The position numbers and the translations under genes were made by a program. From Pyrinomonadaceae bacterium (GTDB lineage: Bacteria > Acidobacteriota > Blastocatellia > Pyrinomonadales > Pyrinomonadaceae): a DNA stretch of 64,000 bases. Where the stretch lies: assembly GCA_035645715.1 (NCBI GenBank), contig DASQMB010000056.1, positions 18,551 through 82,550 on the forward strand, given 5' to 3'. Shown piece after piece: positions 63,401-64,000 of the stretch. The number at the start of each line of letters is the position of its first letter. The first letter of the stretch is position 1. The notes below the pieces were generated by a model. That model saw nothing but the letters and a program-made list of their open reading frames with translations, had not been told where the DNA came from and searched no databases.

Positions 63401-64000
63401 CTCGGCGGGCCGCCTCGTCCGCCTCGAACCTGCCGGGGGCGACGGCGCAGAAGTTAAAGGCGACGGCGCGGCCGGCCCGACGCTGAACGTTGTGGTCTCC
63501 AACCCCAACTCGCCGCTCGCAGTCCCCGGTCAGGACGAGGGCTCGACCGAGCAGGTCGTGCCGCTCTCCGGCGGTGAAGCGCGCGTGCTGCTCGTCGGCG
63601 GGAGCGCGCCCGGCGCGGCCCAGATTCGCGCGACGACCGGCGCGGCCGAGGGCCGCCGCGAAATCCGCATCACGCCCGAGGTCAGGCCCACGATTCTCGT
63701 CGGCCTGGCAGAGCTGACCGTCGGCGCGCAGCAGCCCGAACTCTCCGACGAGTCGGACCGCGCCACGCGCCGCCGCCTCGCCTTCTTCTACCGCGGCCAG
63801 GTTCTCGGCCCGAACCTTCTGACGCTGGCTTACGACAGCAACCGGCCCTTGAACCGCCTCGGCCGCCGCGACCGCCTCTTCCAGTATGACCCGCTCGACC
63901 GCGCTTATCCTCTCTTCGGCGACTCCTCGACCCGCTCGGACGATGCCGAGTCGAACTCGAAGCTCTACGCGCGCCTCGACCGCGGCCGCTCCTACTTCCT
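60483..64000 (+). CDS. Very large secreted repeat protein (DUF11-like, SdrD-B/CarboxypepD_reg-like and Ig-like domains), 3' end outside the window
   Basis: The frame from the ATG at 60483 stays open to the window end (>1170 codons). It is absent from the ORF track because it has no stop. It begins MTDAPLIKVVRAAALVMAAVLWTAAVAGA and contains AVITNRAEATYADADGTEYGTVSPTVTVVV (the same N-terminal motif as the 58225 gene), LGITKAADRPSAEVGDAVSYRVEVHN, and GRVFEDANGDGQFDSGERGLPGVRLYLNNGESVITDSAGLYNF. Confidence 0.85.
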   Translation, partial: MTDAPLIKVVRAAALVMAAVLWTAAVAGASARDGRTDAGAVITNRAEATYADADGTEYGTVSPTVTVVVRSVAAVAVTPDETEPSASVGPNEQFERLFRVCNTGNTPDLYTITAAEVEEPAAIVSLHFDTDNTGTLTGGDREITLGQTMSPRLVRGACVGVVAVVATNDAPQGQRLNIRLTARSNVLDALDAGAADIGTIVNVVGRGARLSSPADPQLPPVKLVSGRERVTTSPGRTLDFEISFRNSGDVVARRVILRDDLPEGLNYVGGTLRLDGRALTDAEDSDEGHVRDRRIEVRLAQLAPGAVVRVGFEARVVGAVPGRGLVNTATVVAENAPSTSSTSATAVTTPYGLVYQGRTNGTPVPGARVSLLLDAAAGAPVQLAPGGGSEPNEENANPFASDGQGRWGFALAPAQLGTPQTPARYFLNVTAPGYRSRLIEATVTPRADGSNLFALAVRALDGQPVAEAAGFGLVESAVEITDLAAFALNVPLFEATSLGITKAADRPSAEVGDAVSYRVEVHNATPVAAEEVRLRDVLPPSFHYAEGTARLHAPPGGPRAVEPEVLSDGVLVFRLGRLAPGARAVLTYRARVGANAREGEQFNSAQATAVLVNGERLTTTTARAAVRVRRGLFSSQQLIVGRVFEDANGDGQFDSGERGLPGVRLYLNNGESVITDSAGLYNFPAVNEGSQVISLDPVTLPSGYELTDTGRRDEQSWTRLLRTPLGGGGLLRQNFALRPAGGSGTTTKAAASNYVAPSNGRAARADAAARPDVPTAAETNRPGGTGGSLYGTNGANSSAPPAVAGAAKAPARPADAGTYEVLTNETLEPIAAGEVRVASPRPDEVAAGAALEVTAQVNAGYTVAVEVGGQRVPDSKIGERRLDHRNRIATFTFVGINLVPGPNRVRVSAVGPDGRQGRAVELVAYGRGPARRVEIETDKPEVAAGGRDSAVVRVRALDQWGHPAADGSVAIQTSAGRLVRLEPAGGDGAEVKGDGAAGPTLNVVVSNPNSPLAVPGQDEGSTEQVVPLSGGEARVLLVGGSAPGAAQIRATTGAAEGRREIRITPEVRPTILVGLAELTVGAQQPELSDESDRATRRRLAFFYRGQVLGPNLLTLAYDSNRPLNRLGRRDRLFQYDPLDRAYPLFGDSSTRSDDAESNSKLYARLDRGRSYF

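Overview
The window is about 64 kb of a high-GC (roughly 70% by eye) bacterial chromosome. Its gene content includes many secreted M16/S8/S1 peptidases, TPR-thioredoxin fusions, a sigma54-type two-component system and DUF11-type repeat proteins. That mix fits an Acidobacteriota-like soil bacterium, but this is inference only. I call about 50 protein-coding genes. Two of them run off the window edges and are missing from the ORF track: 1..357 (-) and 60483..64000 (+). I found no rRNA, tRNA or CRISPR array. Housekeeping anchors are dnaE, pepP, an aldehyde dehydrogenase, an NAD-IDH-like dehydrogenase and pckA. Many long ORFs in the track are antisense 'mirror' ORFs typical of high-GC DNA and were discarded.

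Main observations:
- **AAA+/release-factor fusion (30519..34229).** A 1236-aa, membrane-anchored, ClpA/ClpB-type double AAA+ protein has a C-terminal ~300 aa that looks like a class-I release factor (RF2-like) with the GGQ domain removed.
- **Unidentified structured transcript (about 34345..34873).** Directly upstream on the same strand lies a ~530-nt non-coding unit with a consensus sigma70 promoter, a strong intrinsic terminator and many GNRA-capped hairpins. I could not assign it to a known RNA family.
- **Low-GC mobile element (6296..8936).** A 2.6-kb island bounded by 36-bp imperfect inverted repeats carries a frameshifted IS1595-type transposase and a three-ORF module built around a Doc (Fic-fold) toxin. 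The Doc partners are not of the Phd type.
- **Candidate sigma54 surface-protein locus (53278..64000).** A histidine kinase and NtrC-type regulator are followed by TGTCA-type palindromes, a weak sigma54-like promoter, an orphan receiver and three secreted DUF11-like repeat proteins.
- **Repeats.** These include a polypurine/polypyrimidine inverted repeat present both in an intergenic spacer and in frame inside the kinase gene, and heptad repeat arrays in the thiO/IDH divergent region.
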